Shown piece by piece: positions 37,501 through 51,412 of a DNA stretch of 64,000 bases (positions within the stretch are counted from its first letter, which is position 1; every line of letters starts with the position of its first letter). The stretch comes from Trichinella spiralis. Taxonomy: Eukaryota. The notes beneath the pieces are model-generated. The model saw nothing but the letters and a program-made list of their open reading frames with translations, ran no database searches and was not told the origin of the DNA. The position numbers and the translations under genes are program-made. The stretch lies in NCBI RefSeq assembly GCF_000181795.1, contig NW_003526943.1, positions 9,346,849 to 9,410,848 of the forward strand. The letters run 5' to 3'.

Positions 37501-40500
37501 GCTTATTTTTCCTTTTAATCAGCCGAAGCTTTGGAAGACACATCTCCTCGCCCGCATTCACCGGCAATGAATAACGAAGAGCCGATTGAATTGTCCCATT
37601 ATCCCGGCGCTCATGTGCCGGCTCCGAACGAAGTGGCGCCCATCGAACGGGACGACTTTCCTGCGCCACCGTATCCGTACGCTGTTGACGGTATGTAGAC
37701 TGCGAGCGTAGGATGGAGGAGGGGAGGCGAGGCTGTGCTTTTTGCATATTAGGATTCATTTCATTTTAGAATTCAAACGACGTTTGTCCTCAACCGAAGG
37801 ACTCGACGAAGACGAAACCGACGGACAAGATATGAGCAAAATATTGAAAGCTGAACAGCAGCTGAATCGATTCAAGGATGAATCATCTATGGCTCGGGCT
37901 TTTGTTCATGAATTTGAGGTGTCCAGTTGTTGGTTGCTTATTTGAATACTGTTTTTTCTTTATGTTAATTTTTTGAATTTATTTTGAAGAATCAGATGAA
38001 AAAATCCAAAGTACCATTGCATATAGATCCAAGATCTGCGTCTCGCACTCCCGATGCGAAGAAGATGCCTCACTTGAGGTGCAGATACGAGTCACCGATC
38101 AATGCATGTGAGTGAAAATTATTTTACTCTGTGCAAATGATGGTGTGCATTTGTTAAACGACTCACACTGTTGTGAAATGCGTGTTTGTTGAAATTTGAT
38201 CATCGGACATATATATATAATTATATATACCCGCATACGCACTTTGCTCAGCTTAGCAAATGCATTTTGATTTTGCAGCTCCATCGCGTTACGTTAACAG
38301 GCCTCGGCCGTGGGAATTTTGGGACAAGAACAAAGCAGCAACGACAGTCATTCCTTACGCCCAAGGTGAGTGGAACTGTTTGTAATGCTTTTACGTTAGG
38401 GGGGGGGGAGGGGTTATGTTTGCTTTAAAAATTGCACCATTCAACATTGGCCTGTTGTTCCTTACTGTTTACGTGCTCTGTTTGCAGTCAGCTTACTTTT
38501 ATTCACGAAGGTTTTTGCTTATTGCTCTTGTGTTGCATGTTTTGCACAAAACAAAAAAAAGGCAAAAAAATGTTTGTTGAAAAGAAACAAATGTGAAATA
38601 ATTAGTTGATGCATCAATTTTGAATGCAATTCATTTTGGAATAATTTCATTTTTATGTTGTTTGTGATGAATATTTTTTGCAATTATAATTTTCAAAATT
38701 TGCTTTGTTCATTAGCAGCAGCAGCAGCAATAGTAGCTTAGCTGAATTGTTATTAGTATGGTAGCTCTGCAAACTGGTGCAAAAGTGTCAGAACTGAATT
38801 TGAAATTTAAATTATAGACAGATATCGTCGTTTTGCACTTTTTCGCCTTTTGTTGGAGGAGATTAATTGAAAAAATTTACTTCAGGTGCAATTAAATAAA
38901 AAGTTATGCTGTAATTTATTGCGAAATAAAAATTTTTTCTTCATTTGTTGAATAATGAAAACGAGGAGGAAGAAAATGAATTTTTTAGTTTTTTGCATAA
39001 CAGTGCTTGCTTTTTTTTGCTTGAAGCTTTAAGTGAACAACAGATTGAACAATAGCAACTTTTCTTTTGAAGTTAAGCTTGATTTGGTCACCGGATAACC
39101 AATAATGATTGAAGAAAATATTTGTCGACTGAAACTGTCGACAAAATTATATTCTTTTTAGGGATTTTTAAATCAAAGCAAAAATTATTAAGTTAGGTGT
39201 TAAATTTTTCAAACAATCTTTGAAATATCGATGCAGTAATGTGTTGAAATGTATTATGTGATGTGAAAATTTTGACGACTTTAATTTGTAAATACAGTGA
39301 AACTCTGATTATCCGAGCACATTTTTGGTCGGACAACCTGCATTTCACTCATACTGTAACATTCTGTTGTTGGCTAATATTTATGTCTGGTATGTCTGCT
39401 ACTAGAAAGAGAACGGTTTGGAGTTTAGAGCAAATGTTAGAAGTGTGTAGACTTGTGGAGAGGGGCAAGTCGCTCAGGAAAATTGCTGAGAATTTTGGTG
39501 TGGGTCTGTCCACAGTTTCAGACATCTATCGCAGTCGACGTCAGCTAACTGGCTTTGTGTCGCACATGGATACTTCGAGTAGCTGTTCTTCACGAAAATC
39601 TTTGAAAAATGCGTCAAATAGTGCGCTTGATTCAGCGATATCCATGTGGTTCCTTCAGAAACGTGCACTTGATTAACCAATAAGTGGCCCCATTTTGCAA
39701 GAAAAAGCTCTACCTTTCAGTACTAAGCTTAGTATTGATAATTTTATCGCCAGTTCAGGTTGATTAAGTAACTTTAAAAATCAGCATTGCATACGCGAGC
39801 TTAAAATTCACGGTGAAAAATTGTCTGCTGACAGTGAGAGTGCCGCAAAATTTACAGGGCAAATAACGTCGCATAATGAACAGAATGTCTACTCCTTCTT
39901 CCACGTCTAATTGAGGATAACAACTATAAATGCTTCAATTGCGTACATACATTTTGAAAAATTGAAAACGTCCGATTATCCGAAGGACCCCCAAAAACCG
40001 AGTGTTCGGATAATCAGAGTTCCACTGTATATACATATAATGTAATGATTTGATATAATTTTTGAAATTGTATACTTGCGGATATATATATAATTTGAAT
40101 TTTTTAATTTAAATTGTGCTTTTTATAGTGCCGAAAGCTGGATATGGTTTGTCGCCAAAAGCGGCAACTTTGCCTCATTCAAATATGAGCGCTTTATACG
40201 TACGTAACGTTGTTGTCTGCACGAATTAAAAAGCTGATTTATATTTATTATGTTTTTGTTTTAATGAACAGGACCTGCATTTCAAAAATTCGACAATTAA
40301 TTCAGAATTATCAAACCGTGAGTTGGTTTTATTTATTTGTTGTTGTAATGAAATCTTTTTGTTAATTGGTATTACTGTAGATTCGTACGTGGCGTCAACG
40401 TCGATGAGTTCCAACGAGAGATATCAACCGTCATATGGATCCGGTGTTTTGCGAAGTTCTTTGCCTGACATGAGCAAACCTCCGAAGGTGAATTGATTGT

Positions 40501-40826
40501 TTATAATGATAATTTTCACTTTTTATGCGTGCAATTTAATTTATCAAAATTAGATATATCGGTACTCTGAATTGATGACAACGAACAAAAAGTTGCCTGA
40601 GGATGTTGATCGTTGCCATTTGGAGGTAGGAAGACTTGAAAATTTGTTTTTCATTCTTATCTTTTTCATATTATTTATCAAATAATAAATAATTGTTTTT
40701 TCTGTAATTTAGCGTCATTTGAGTCGTGATGAATTTGAAGGTTTATTTGGAATGACGCCAATAGAATTTTACAAATTGCCCGAATGGAAACGGATCAACT
40801 TGAAAAGACGAGCAAAGCTCTTCTGA
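34591..40826 (+). CDS. unc-115: Actin-binding LIM protein (4 LIM domains + villin headpiece), multi-exon; start exon not located
   Basis: LIM exons CEACKKKCTG...FHIKCFVCK, CAICDKFI...YHSTCFKC, CAACDQ...WHTWCFKC, FHFHSNCARC; PIELSHYPG; PIERDDFPAPP; LPEDVDRCHLERHLSRDEF...EWKRINLKRRAKLF*. Confidence 0.95.
39295..40027 (+). mobile_element. Internally deleted Tigger/pogo DNA transposon in an unc-115 intron
   Basis: 26-bp TIRs (cagtgaaactctgattatccgagcac / gtgttcggataatcagagttccactg) with TA on both sides; CENP-B-type HTH remnants RKRTVWSLEQ...IAENFGVGLSTVSDI, PISGPILQEKA; stop codons; no DDD domain. Confidence 0.92.
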
Positions 40827-42023
40827 TTTCATCTAACAGAGTCTATAGCCTGATTCAGCTGTAAAAAAAGATCGGCATTAGTTGTTTAGTTTTTATTACT
40901 GTGGCGTTACTTTTTATAAATATATGAAGTCTTCAACACGAAAACTAGTGATGCTTTTTTGGGAAAAAAGCTTAGTTATTATTATTATTGCTGTTGTTTT
41001 GTGGTGATTTGATCACTGTTTAGATCAGTTGCTGCATTGCAATGTTTTGGTCATAAGTAGCCCGTGTGTCATGCCTGTGCATGGTTGATTATATTTTCTA
41101 GTTGTTCACATCAGCCAGGCTGGTGATGTTGATTTTATGGAAGCTTAAAACAGCACTTAAATTGAATATGATATATTTTTTTTCATTTATCTATTTATAT
41201 AACTTTCAATTCTAGTTCGATAATAATAATACTGATGTAAAATTATTCAACTGCTGAATAACAATTTCCGGATGAGCTAGTTCGTTTTCCATACACATGG
41301 CACTTTTCAGTCTTTTCAGTGAAAGTTCGTTTAGCTTTTTGAAATTATTGCTTCTTTGATCAAACGAGAGGAACGATAAAACGGTTTTTTTTCTTTCCTC
41401 CAATGTAGTTTTTGTTTTTGCTTTCACATTTTGTTTGCTTTTACTGAATGCGCTTCTTGTGCAGCGTAAAAATGAGCTGTCGAAATAAAGCAAAAACTTT
41501 ACAAACTCTGCAATGGAATAATTGAATTTGATCTGCATTTACTTCTTTTGAATGTATGGTTGGATACTTATTCAAACGGCTTTTGTGAAGTTACATGACA
41601 GATGGATCATGTTGGTTAGCTGATCAGTTTTGGCTTTCTTTCATGGTGCTTTCCAGTGTTTCATTAACCAGGAGGGCAGGCACTACAGGGTGTTTCAGTA
41701 AAATGGTTGAATAAATTTGAAACAACTGGCATAAATTTTGTTTTTCAGTGAAATATAAAATGAGTTGCACAGAAGAATTGAATTGAAGAGTAGTTGCACC
41801 AAGAAAAATTGTAATTTCATGAAGATGGAATTTCTTCATGTTTCCAGTATTAACTTTTCATTTCAATTTCTGCACATAACGAATACAGTTTAAACTAATT
41901 TAAAGCGGATAAAATTAAGCTTACTGCGTTTTAAAGTTGTTGTTTCAAATTAATGAACAAAATTTCAAATTAAAAATGTTCAAACAACTTGGAAATTCTT
42001 TCATTTAAACATCAGTGTCAAAA

Positions 42024-42378
42024 ATGGATGTTCTTATGGACGATACCATGTACACTCTGTTCTGGTTGTGCGCCATAATTGCACTCTGCTTCTTGCTCTA
42101 CTTCGTTCGCAGGTTAATTTTTTTATCTGATAATTATAATTATAATAAAAGTGTATAATGTAAACTTCGACAGGCAAAAAAAGAAAGAACAAGGATCGAA
42201 GGTGAGGGCAGTGCTGGTAACCGTTGAATGTGTGAAGCCGACAGCTGGATTAGAAGCAGAATATACTGTTTGCATGAAATATCGAGTCGATGATAAAGGA
42301 TTCTGTTGTTATAAACCAAAACTGGAGAAAACTGTGATTGTTCCAGATACGGGATTGGATACTGTTTTGTACCCATGA
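42024..42378 (+). CDS. Small single-TM protein of unknown function (97 aa, 2 exons)
   Basis: Exon 42024-42112 MDVLMDDTMYTLFWLCAIIALCFLLYFVR, 61-nt GT-AG intron, exon 42174-42378 in frame RQKKKEQG...TVLYP*. Confidence 0.7.
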
Positions 42379-43875
42379 TACTTCTTAGGAAATGGAGTCT
42401 GCATAATTCATTTCCTATTTTATAACTCATTTGATTAATTAAAAATGATCACAATTTATTGTGAAAAATTTCATTTTACTGTTTCAGCAATCATATGTAA
42501 AACATTGCTTCAATTATAAATTATAATGTTGTTTTTTCATTATCATATTGGTTTAATAAAATTGTCTCGTTTCATTACCACAAGAATCTCAGCTGCGTTA
42601 TTTCAGACATGAGGAAATGCAATTAGACTGTGTAACATTCACCAATATTTACTAACAATTATATACAGTGCTGTCTCACCGTATTCTTCAAGGAAATGCG
42701 TATTTTATATTCTGGATACTCTAGCTTCTCCTTTTATAAGAAAATATTTTTGAATTATCTCATTTTTTTGAAAACAGTCTGATTGTTTTACTGATGTAGT
42801 TGTTTCTTCTATTTGGGAGTTATCGTTTGAGTTTTGATGATTATCTCTATTGCTTCTTCTTATGAAACTTATTCATTTCGAGCCACTGAATTACGATCAT
42901 TTGTTTTGCATACTGTAATCGGTTGTTATTTGTTCTAAGATGCATATGCGTTATTGATCAATGTAGCGCATTGATCACTTTGTTCAGTTGACGCCACATG
43001 AACTCGCCATCTTCATATTTTGTAGCAGTTTTCCCTGAAAGTTACTTGACACTTTTTTGTTCGTAGCTTCTCAGTTAAACTACATAAATATTATTTAGAT
43101 TTCTTACATTTACAAAGTGGCAACATTTTCTTTTTCACCGTTCAGTTCATATGTTCTGCCAGGTGTTCACAGAGATTTCACATGAGTAAACCTACATGGT
43201 AAAAAAATCTAAAAAATGACGATTTTTTTGACAATTGACGACAATCTAAAAAATGCATTTGTAACGTGCCGGGCTTTTCTTCCAGCTGAGTTTTCTCACT
43301 TTCTACTGACTCCATTGTCAGAGAGCGGATCTTGGGTATTGTGCGACAAATACACGACAAAACGCAAGGCGTAACAATATATTCAAAACTATGTATATAA
43401 TTTATTAAAAGTAAAATAAAATAAGCAAAACATCAGTAGTAGAGCGCTGGAGCAATCACTGAAAATAGCAATTTTTAGCGTTAATTTTGTTGCATTCTTC
43501 GACAAGAAAATGCTGAAAATTACTAAAATTAAAAATATTTTAATACAAACGTATTTGCCACTCTTAGTAGTATACATTGAAGCAATTTTCATAAAAATTA
43601 AACATATACTAAGCTCTTTACACGAGTTTTTCTAATGTGGTGTGCATTCCATCCCAAGAATCCAACAACGTGCCTAATCAAATTTACGATGTTTCGTAGG
43701 CCGAACAAAAGTCTTAAGCGACTGCAATTCTTTTTCCAAATATGCCTTACTCTTTCAAAAGGGATGTCACAAAGCTTAAGGTCATAAAATAAAAATTAAC
43801 CGAGTGCAGGATAACCCAAGAATGGGTTAATAAAATAAAAAATCGAATAATAACTAAAATTCAAAATCATTTAAG

Positions 43876-46030
43876 CCGTGTTATAGATGCGGTGGAGCAC
43901 ACGCACAGAACACTTGCCGTTTCAAGAACATCAGCTGCAATTTTTGCAAGCGTTTAGGCCACATCGAGCGCGTTTGTAGAGCGAAATCGCAATCCACTGT
44001 GAAGAATGGAGCTGCGAAACCCAGTCGGTATGCTCAATCGCCGTCGAAGAGGAGGAATATAGAATCAACCGACTAACTGCTTCCAATGGAGTGATCGGAA
44101 CCTTGCCGTTTCCTGACGTCTACGTTACACTAAACAATGTTGTCATCCCAATGCAAGTGGACTCAGGAGCATCTTTGACCATCATCTCAGAGCATACATT
44201 CAAATGAGTCTACCTCCCTTATCAACGCTATTTGAAACCTTTCCACTCATTACTGAGAGACTTCAAAAGGTGCGTCGTCGAGATATTAGGTGCAACTTCT
44301 CTTTCAGTCAAATTCAGTTCATTCAATGGGTCACTGCCAGTTGTGGTCGTTAAGGGACCGCGCCGTAGTCTGCTGGGGAAAAAATGGTTCAAACCATTGG
44401 ACATCCGACTAGTTGGAGTACATAGCGTAGCGCTGTCTTCAGTACAAGACCTGATCGAAGAGTACAGTGAATTATTCTCTGACACCCTGGGCACTGTGAA
44501 AAGACCACCAGTGGTACTCCATACTGATGGATCCATACCACCAATCCAGATGAACGCCATGCGAGTGCCATTTGCACTCAAACAACGTATATCAGAAGAA
44601 CTGGATCGACTTGTAGAGTAAGGCATTCTGGAGCCTGTCCAATATACGGCATGGACGACGCTGATTTTACCGGTCATTAAGAGTGATGGAAGCATCCAAA
44701 TTTGTGGCGATTATAAGTGCACGGTGAATGAAGCGTTACGGAAGGGCCTATATCAAATATAACGATATCTTCACAACACTAAAAAAGGGAAGAATATTCG
44801 TGAAATTAATTCTAGTGCAAGCGTATCAGCAACTAGAAGTCGACGAAGCTTCGGCTGAGCTACAGACGATAATAGCACATAAAGGAGTTTTTAAAGCGAA
44901 ACGACTCCAATTCAGCATTGTGTCAGTGCCTGGTATTTTCCAGCGTTTCTTGGACTCCTTGTTGGCTAACTTGAATGATGTTGTTTCATATTTCAAAGAC
45001 GTATTAACTGTTGCAGACTCACAACATGAACTGTTAGAAGTTTTAAGACGAGTGTTCGATCGTCTGCGCGACGCGGGAATCTGGCTGAACCGTGAAAATG
45101 CGTCATTGTGAGCAACAGTGTAGAGTTCCTTGGATACCGAATCGACGCTGAAGGAATCCATCTGTCCGAAGGTAAAGTGGAAGCCATCCACAAGATCCCA
45201 TGGCCAAAGATTAAGCAGGAACTTCAAGCGTTCTTGGGTTTGCTAAATTTTTACCATAACTTTCTAGCAAACAAAGCTGAAGCAGCAGAGACATTACATC
45301 GCCTGCTAGACGGGTGCGGGTGGAAATGGGCCCATAATCACAAAAAAGCGTTTCAAAAGGTAAAAGCGCTTATTACTTCTAACACCGTTTTAGCCCAGTA
45401 CGATAATCAACTGCCATTGATTCTTACGCATGATTATATACTCCCTCACCAAATAGGGTTGAATGTGTTCTGACCCATAAACTGCCATGCGGTAGAGAAG
45501 TGCCTATAGCGTTCCATTCGTGAACACTTGCAGCAGCTGAGGGTAAATACGCCCAGATTGGCCGGGAAGCTCTGGCAATCATCGCTGGAGTAAATAAATT
45601 CCACAATTATGCTTTCAGGCGCCATGTCAAAATCAGAACGGATCATAAGCCTTTACTCAGCTTATTACGGAACTCCATTCTGACACCCGCGAGCTTGTCC
45701 TAGCGATGACTCGTTGGCGCCCATGACTATAGTCTTGTGTATAGTACAACTATGAAACTTGAGAATGCCAATGCTTTGAGTCAGTTACCCCAAACAGGGA
45801 AGCCAAATATGTGTTCTGGTCCCCTAGAAGTCCTTCTTCTAGAATCAACGCCCACACTCCCGATCAGTACAGAATATCTCGCTAAAAGGACGGGCAAAGA
45901 TGCAGTCTTAGCCCACGCGCAGAACTGGCTGAAAAGGGTTTGGCTAGCGTGAGGAATTCAAGCCGTTCCACTACCGAAGGGATGAACTGTCCCTCCACAA
46001 AAGCTGCGTCCTGTGGGGTCGTTGCGTAAA
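43876..46030 (+). mobile_element. Decayed Ty3/Gypsy gag-pol (CCHC x2, protease, RT, RNase H, start of integrase)
   Basis: CYRCGGAH...CNFCKRLGHIERVC, MQVDSGASLTII, ICGDYK, PGIFQRFLD, SYFKDVL (YxDD decayed), VEFLGYRI, LQAFLGLLNFY, RTDHKPL; many stops and frameshifts. Confidence 0.93.
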
Positions 46031-47480
46031 TGCGATCACCACAAATGCTGATCACTCGTTAGCTCAAATACTTCTGTCACATCTTGTTTGTTGAATGATC
46101 ACTCAGAGTCTGAGACCATCAAACAACTGATGATCCTCTTCTTAGCTGCAGCCTTGAGTATTTGCAACAAGTCGCGTAGGGACAGTCATGCGCAGCTACT
46201 TTCACCAGCACAGGAGGTAAAGTCTTCTTACTAACCTCTGACGCTGACTCATTTGTTTGGTCAGGGAACTACGTGACTACGTGGGGAATGAGCAACATTT
46301 TCTATCCTATGAGAGGTTATTTTACTTCTGCTGAAAAGGTGTTCTTTAGTGTTCAGTCTGGAAATGAAATATTGAGACAAATAGTTGAGCAAGCTCTACT
46401 AGCTGCATAGCTGAATTGTTTAGCTCAAGGAAAACTGGTGCTTTATATTCTCCTTTGAATAGAGATCTGCGGCCTCTGTTCGGACATGAAATAAAGAAGT
46501 AGCTCATCCTGAATTACTAAAATCCTGCTTCTTCCATTTGCAATTAATCAAAAGTAAAAGTTCCTGAATTAAAGGGATTCCCTAAAGTCAACCTAAAACC
46601 CCGTATGGGACCAGTATTATGCACAACTTAAATCTCTGGGAGGAAGCTTTATTCATGAATATCATAGAAAGACAATATCGTGCTTTCAGTTACAGTAAAA
46701 CCAAACTTAGGCAAGAACTTTCTACCGTTTTCAACAAGAGGTTTTAAAATTATATTTTTAGCATTCAATATAGTCTTAAAAATTCATAACTTTGGCTATA
46801 AATAAAAAATCAGATAAATTTTAAACATCTTTACAAAAAAGGGAATATAAGGTAAAGTATTGACCTATCATTCCTGATAATAAACATAAAAAATAGTTTC
46901 TGTTAGAGATCACACACAGAAATATAGCATCTTTTAAGGCTGTATATTTTTTGCAACGCTTTCGTATTTTTTAACATCTCATCAATGTAATATTTCATCT
47001 TGCATTTATCGAAGCATGAAATCAACAGAAGCTCATAGAAATGAAATAATCGGTCTTCTGTAAATCACGTTCAAAATGAATACATTTATTACATTTTGAT
47101 CAGTAATACGGAATAAACTGCAACTCAGTTAATAATATTCTGACAACCTGAAAATTATATTTACATCATAATACACATACTTTTAATTCATTTAATTAAT
47201 TATTATTTAAGTTACATATTTATATTAATTTCTTATAATAAAAATCAGTATAATAATATATTCAAAACAAAATACTGTAAACAAAATATTGTAGATTTTC
47301 AGGTTTTACTAATGGTTTTGAGTGTGTTTTCTTTAATCTAGTTGTTGCACCAATCATCTATCGCCAATTTGATACGCTCCAATACAGTCAGTGACTGCTC
47401 AGTTACAACTAAGGCCATTTGTAAGTATGAACACTTTATCGTAGAATGAAGTTTGATCAAATTTTAATTTCAGCGTGAAA

Positions 47481-49587
47481 ATGAAAACTCATAAAATAAG
47501 ATTAGCACCGTATTTCTTAATAACAGCTTTCCTTTTCTATTTGTTTTTCAAGTCGCAAGCGAACCCTGACATGTCTGCTAAGAATTTCGTTGCTGACTTG
47601 GTCTTTATTTGTGATAACTCACAATCAGTTCAAGGAGAGATGTTTATTGAAGAAAAGCTGCTTATGAAAAATATTTTGAAAAAAATATCTGTAAATGACG
47701 ATTTTGTACGAGTGGCGATCATAAAGTATCACGAAATGATGAAAGATGGAATGCTTTCAGCGCAACTTGTGTCTAATTTTAACACGTTTACAAATCATGG
47801 TAAAGATTATCTTTTTATAATATAAATTAGGAATATTTTTCTGTATTATAGTTTACCTTTACATAATACTGCACATTTAACTTTATCGTTACATTTCTCT
47901 GTGATAAAATTAGAATTTTTAATGATAAATATTTATGCTGATCTGATTTTAATTTAAAATTTATTTGTTTTGTAGATGAACTGTACAAGCAGATAGAGGA
48001 AGTTAAATTGAGAAATAAAATGAAGAATATTAGTGATGCGTTTCGATTGATTGATGAGAAAGTGTTCAAGTTAAGCGAAGGTGATCGACCGAGTGTGCCG
48101 AATGTGATCATACTTTTCACAGATGACCATTCACCTGTGCAAAAGTGTGAGCCTCATCTTTGGGCAGAAAAGTTGACAAGGGAAAAGCACAGAATTTTTG
48201 TTGTAATGATAGCAACTTCTAATTCAGCAAATTCTCGGGAAAAAAGAAGATATCTCTACAACTATCTTCGTAACAAAATTGCCAGCGAACCGGATTTATT
48301 CTTTATTCTCAGTAAACACGTCGATGTAGAAACGAATGCAGATATTCTTGTTACAAAGCTTCTTAGGAAGGTTCCGAGTTTTTACTTTGCATCAAAAGGA
48401 AAGGAAAATTCTTCATACGAAATTCCAGCATATGAAACGAATAGCATATCCCTTGGAGAAATGGTGGACAGTGTTCCTGAAGAAAATAATTTAAATCTTA
48501 TCCTAATGAACAGCTACACAACTACAGTCAGAAGTTTTACAAGTGAAAAATTTTTAACGAGCAGTGTGAACGTCATAGATACTAAAGCTAGCCGAGAAAT
48601 GGAAATCACTAATAGCAGTTGGCCACCTGTTGAAACGGTTATGAGCAGAAGTATGTGAAAATTTTATTCATTTGTTTAATAATGAAAAGTTTCCACTTTG
48701 CAGATGAAGAAAATGAAGTAATGGGTTCAAAAATGACGTTTGATCATGAGATGAGCATGACTGAGAGAGCGGATGTTAATGATATATCAACAGAAACAAA
48801 TACTGTGGAATTTATTGAAAGCAGTACTGGTGTTACCTTGAATTTTAGTGAAAATGACGTGATATCATCTACTTTTGAAGAAGAATCAGAATCAAGGTTT
48901 GATTATGCAGATTACACCAGCTTTTCGAAAAATGAGGAAGAAGATACTACAACCAAGGAAAACGATAATCCTCTACTACGAACGGAAACTTCCCACCCTT
49001 TGTTTGTTGAATACAAAACTGAAAGTGATTATGAAGAAAATGATGTAAATTGGAATAGCGTAAAAACAACTGAAATAGCAGAAGATCATGCCGTTACTTT
49101 ATGGCCAGAAACCATAAATTCTGGAATTATTGGAGCAGATGTTGTTATCAATGAGACTTTAGAAGCTTTTGAAAATGCAAATTTCGTTGAGAGTTTAGAA
49201 AATGATGCACTAAAGAATAATGAAAATGAGATCAATGCAACAGAAAATTATAATGTCTCTGAAACAAATACTGCTGGTTATTACGGATCAGATAACAGGA
49301 AAAATTGTAGTGGAATAAGAGTGGACAATTCAACGGATTGTCGAAATTATTCACGTTTTATCAACGAAAAACATCATTATTATACTGTGCCTGGTGCTGT
49401 ATTTGTGGTCCTGCCTGTATTATTATTTGCAGTGTTGAAGATAATCGCTTGTAAGAAAATGAATAACAAAACCGATGAAAAAGTGGATGACCCTCCAACT
49501 GTGGCAGATTCTAATTTGGCGTTCAGTCCATTTTTAAATTACATTGAAGCAAAGGATATTCCTTTTATAGACGATACTTCAAGCTAA
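47481..49587 (+). CDS. vWA-domain type I membrane protein, 3 coding exons
   Basis: Exons 47481-47799, 47976-48650, 48704-49587. N-terminal hydrophobic signal, ADLVFICDNSQSV, GDRPSVPNVIILFTDD, acidic S/T/N stalk, TM VPGAVFVVLPVLLFAVLKIIAC, short tail. Confidence 0.88.
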
Positions 49588-50236
49588 AGCAGTATAATAC
49601 TGCTTGATTAATATCTTCATTATTTTGTTTTTTACTAAACTTTAATTTCAGCAAATTTTACATGTCAAATGTAATTCATTGAAATGAATTTTTATTTATT
49701 AATAAAACTTACACAATAATGGTGAATTTTTATGCATGCAATGGAGTGCTGAAAAAATTTCAATTTCGTTTAATTTTCAAAGATAAATTTGTTCAATGTA
49801 AACTTTATTAATACCCAAACTTTAAATATATTTTTAAAAGAAAAGTATTTAAATCAGTTAATTCCAAATTATATAAAATTAATATTTCTTGAAAAATATA
49901 TTCCAGGTGGTCCACATTTTAATTCTATTTAAAAGCAGTAAATATTCAATATTTAATATGAACAGGACTAATATCATTCTTTACATTGTCGCTCAGAACT
50001 ATTTTTTAGAGTATTTAATAATCACTGACAATTGCATAAATGCATTGAAATATGTAATAAGGTAATATTCTGTCATATCCTTGCTACAAATGATAATAGA
50101 ACGTTCTAAAATGTTAAATATTTTCATAAAGATAAACCGTATTTTTATATATAAGTTATTTCCAAAAATCAGAAAAAAGACATTTTTCATTATCATTAAA
50201 TAAACGTTTATTATACAAATGCAGAGCTGATGTAAG

Positions 50237-51412
50237 TTAAGATTGTCGAGGATTTCTGATTTTACTAGTAACTGACAATGAACGGAACTGCTGAGTCATG
50301 CTGGGTAAAACTTCATTTTGTTCCTTTCTTGCAAACGGTATCCACTGTGGAGCCAATTTATTTTGAGCAACGCCTGTTCGGTTCGATAAAGATCCAATCT
50401 GCATTTAATAATTTATAAAATCTCATTCTGAAATAATGAAACGGATAAATTTACTCTATTAGCATTCCAATTATCAAAAAGTTTCTGAACTGTCCCGCCA
50501 AGCAAGCAGCAGTTGCTGTTGTTTAAAAAAATGAAATTCTTCTCGTTTTCAACTGGACAAGTAATCTGCAGCTTTGTGCCTGGTGGAGTTTGCATGCTAC
50601 AAAAATAAAACACTTCAAAATTAAACTATTATTTATTTATATTAATTCAAACCAAGTGCACTTTACGAAGCACAACTATTACATTTAAAAATTCATTAAA
50701 ATAAATAATGAATCAAAAAACGTTAGTAAACAGAAATTACAAAAATATATTCAAAAGACTATTATAAATTCATTAAATAATGCATTTCAATTTGCCTGCA
50801 TAAGTTATAACATTTATTGATATATTGGTTCAAAAGTTTTTCTGAATAGAATCAATATTTTAAGCTATTGTGAAACAGACATGATTTCACAAATTAGTCA
50901 AATACATGCAATGCATAAAATAAACAACACAAACATATGATATCATAATACTTCAATCCTTTAACAGGAGTTGATACCAGTCCAACAACATCAGACTTTC
51001 CATCAGTTAAGTCTATTCTCAAAAAATATGGAAAGTCCATTTTATCTTCTAGGGCCTTCGGAACAGCAATATTACGAATTTTTTGTATTTGAAGTACAAT
51101 GTGCTTCCCATCATTTTCATTCCATTTTATCGGCAAAACTTTTCTGTCAAGTTTTCGAAAATCTAACTATATTTAAAAATTCAAAATATAATAAGATCTC
51201 TATTCATTCAAGTAGTTCCATAAAAAATTTTTTTCTTAAAAATAATTCTGAATCATATAAGACATTTAAAATATAAAATAAAAAAAATAGCAACAATATT
51301 TTCAATAACAACGGAATTCAAAATATAATTAAAAAACATCATTAACATTAATGGAATATAACATAAAGAAATACAAAAAATAAATACATCTTACATTTAA
51401 ATCAATTTCCAT
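50237..51412 (-). CDS. TDRD3-like (RMI1_N OB-fold) protein, short form of about 180 aa
   Basis: LDFRKL, IVLQIQKIRNIAVPK, LRIDLTDG, QTPPGTKL, LLGGTVQKLFDNW, APQWIPF match the TDRD3 N-terminus. Stop at 50237-50239; start codon uncertain. Confidence 0.8.

Noticed and set aside
42650..43592. Possible spliced minus-strand gene
   Set aside because: Could not build a stop-free exon chain or recognise a domain.
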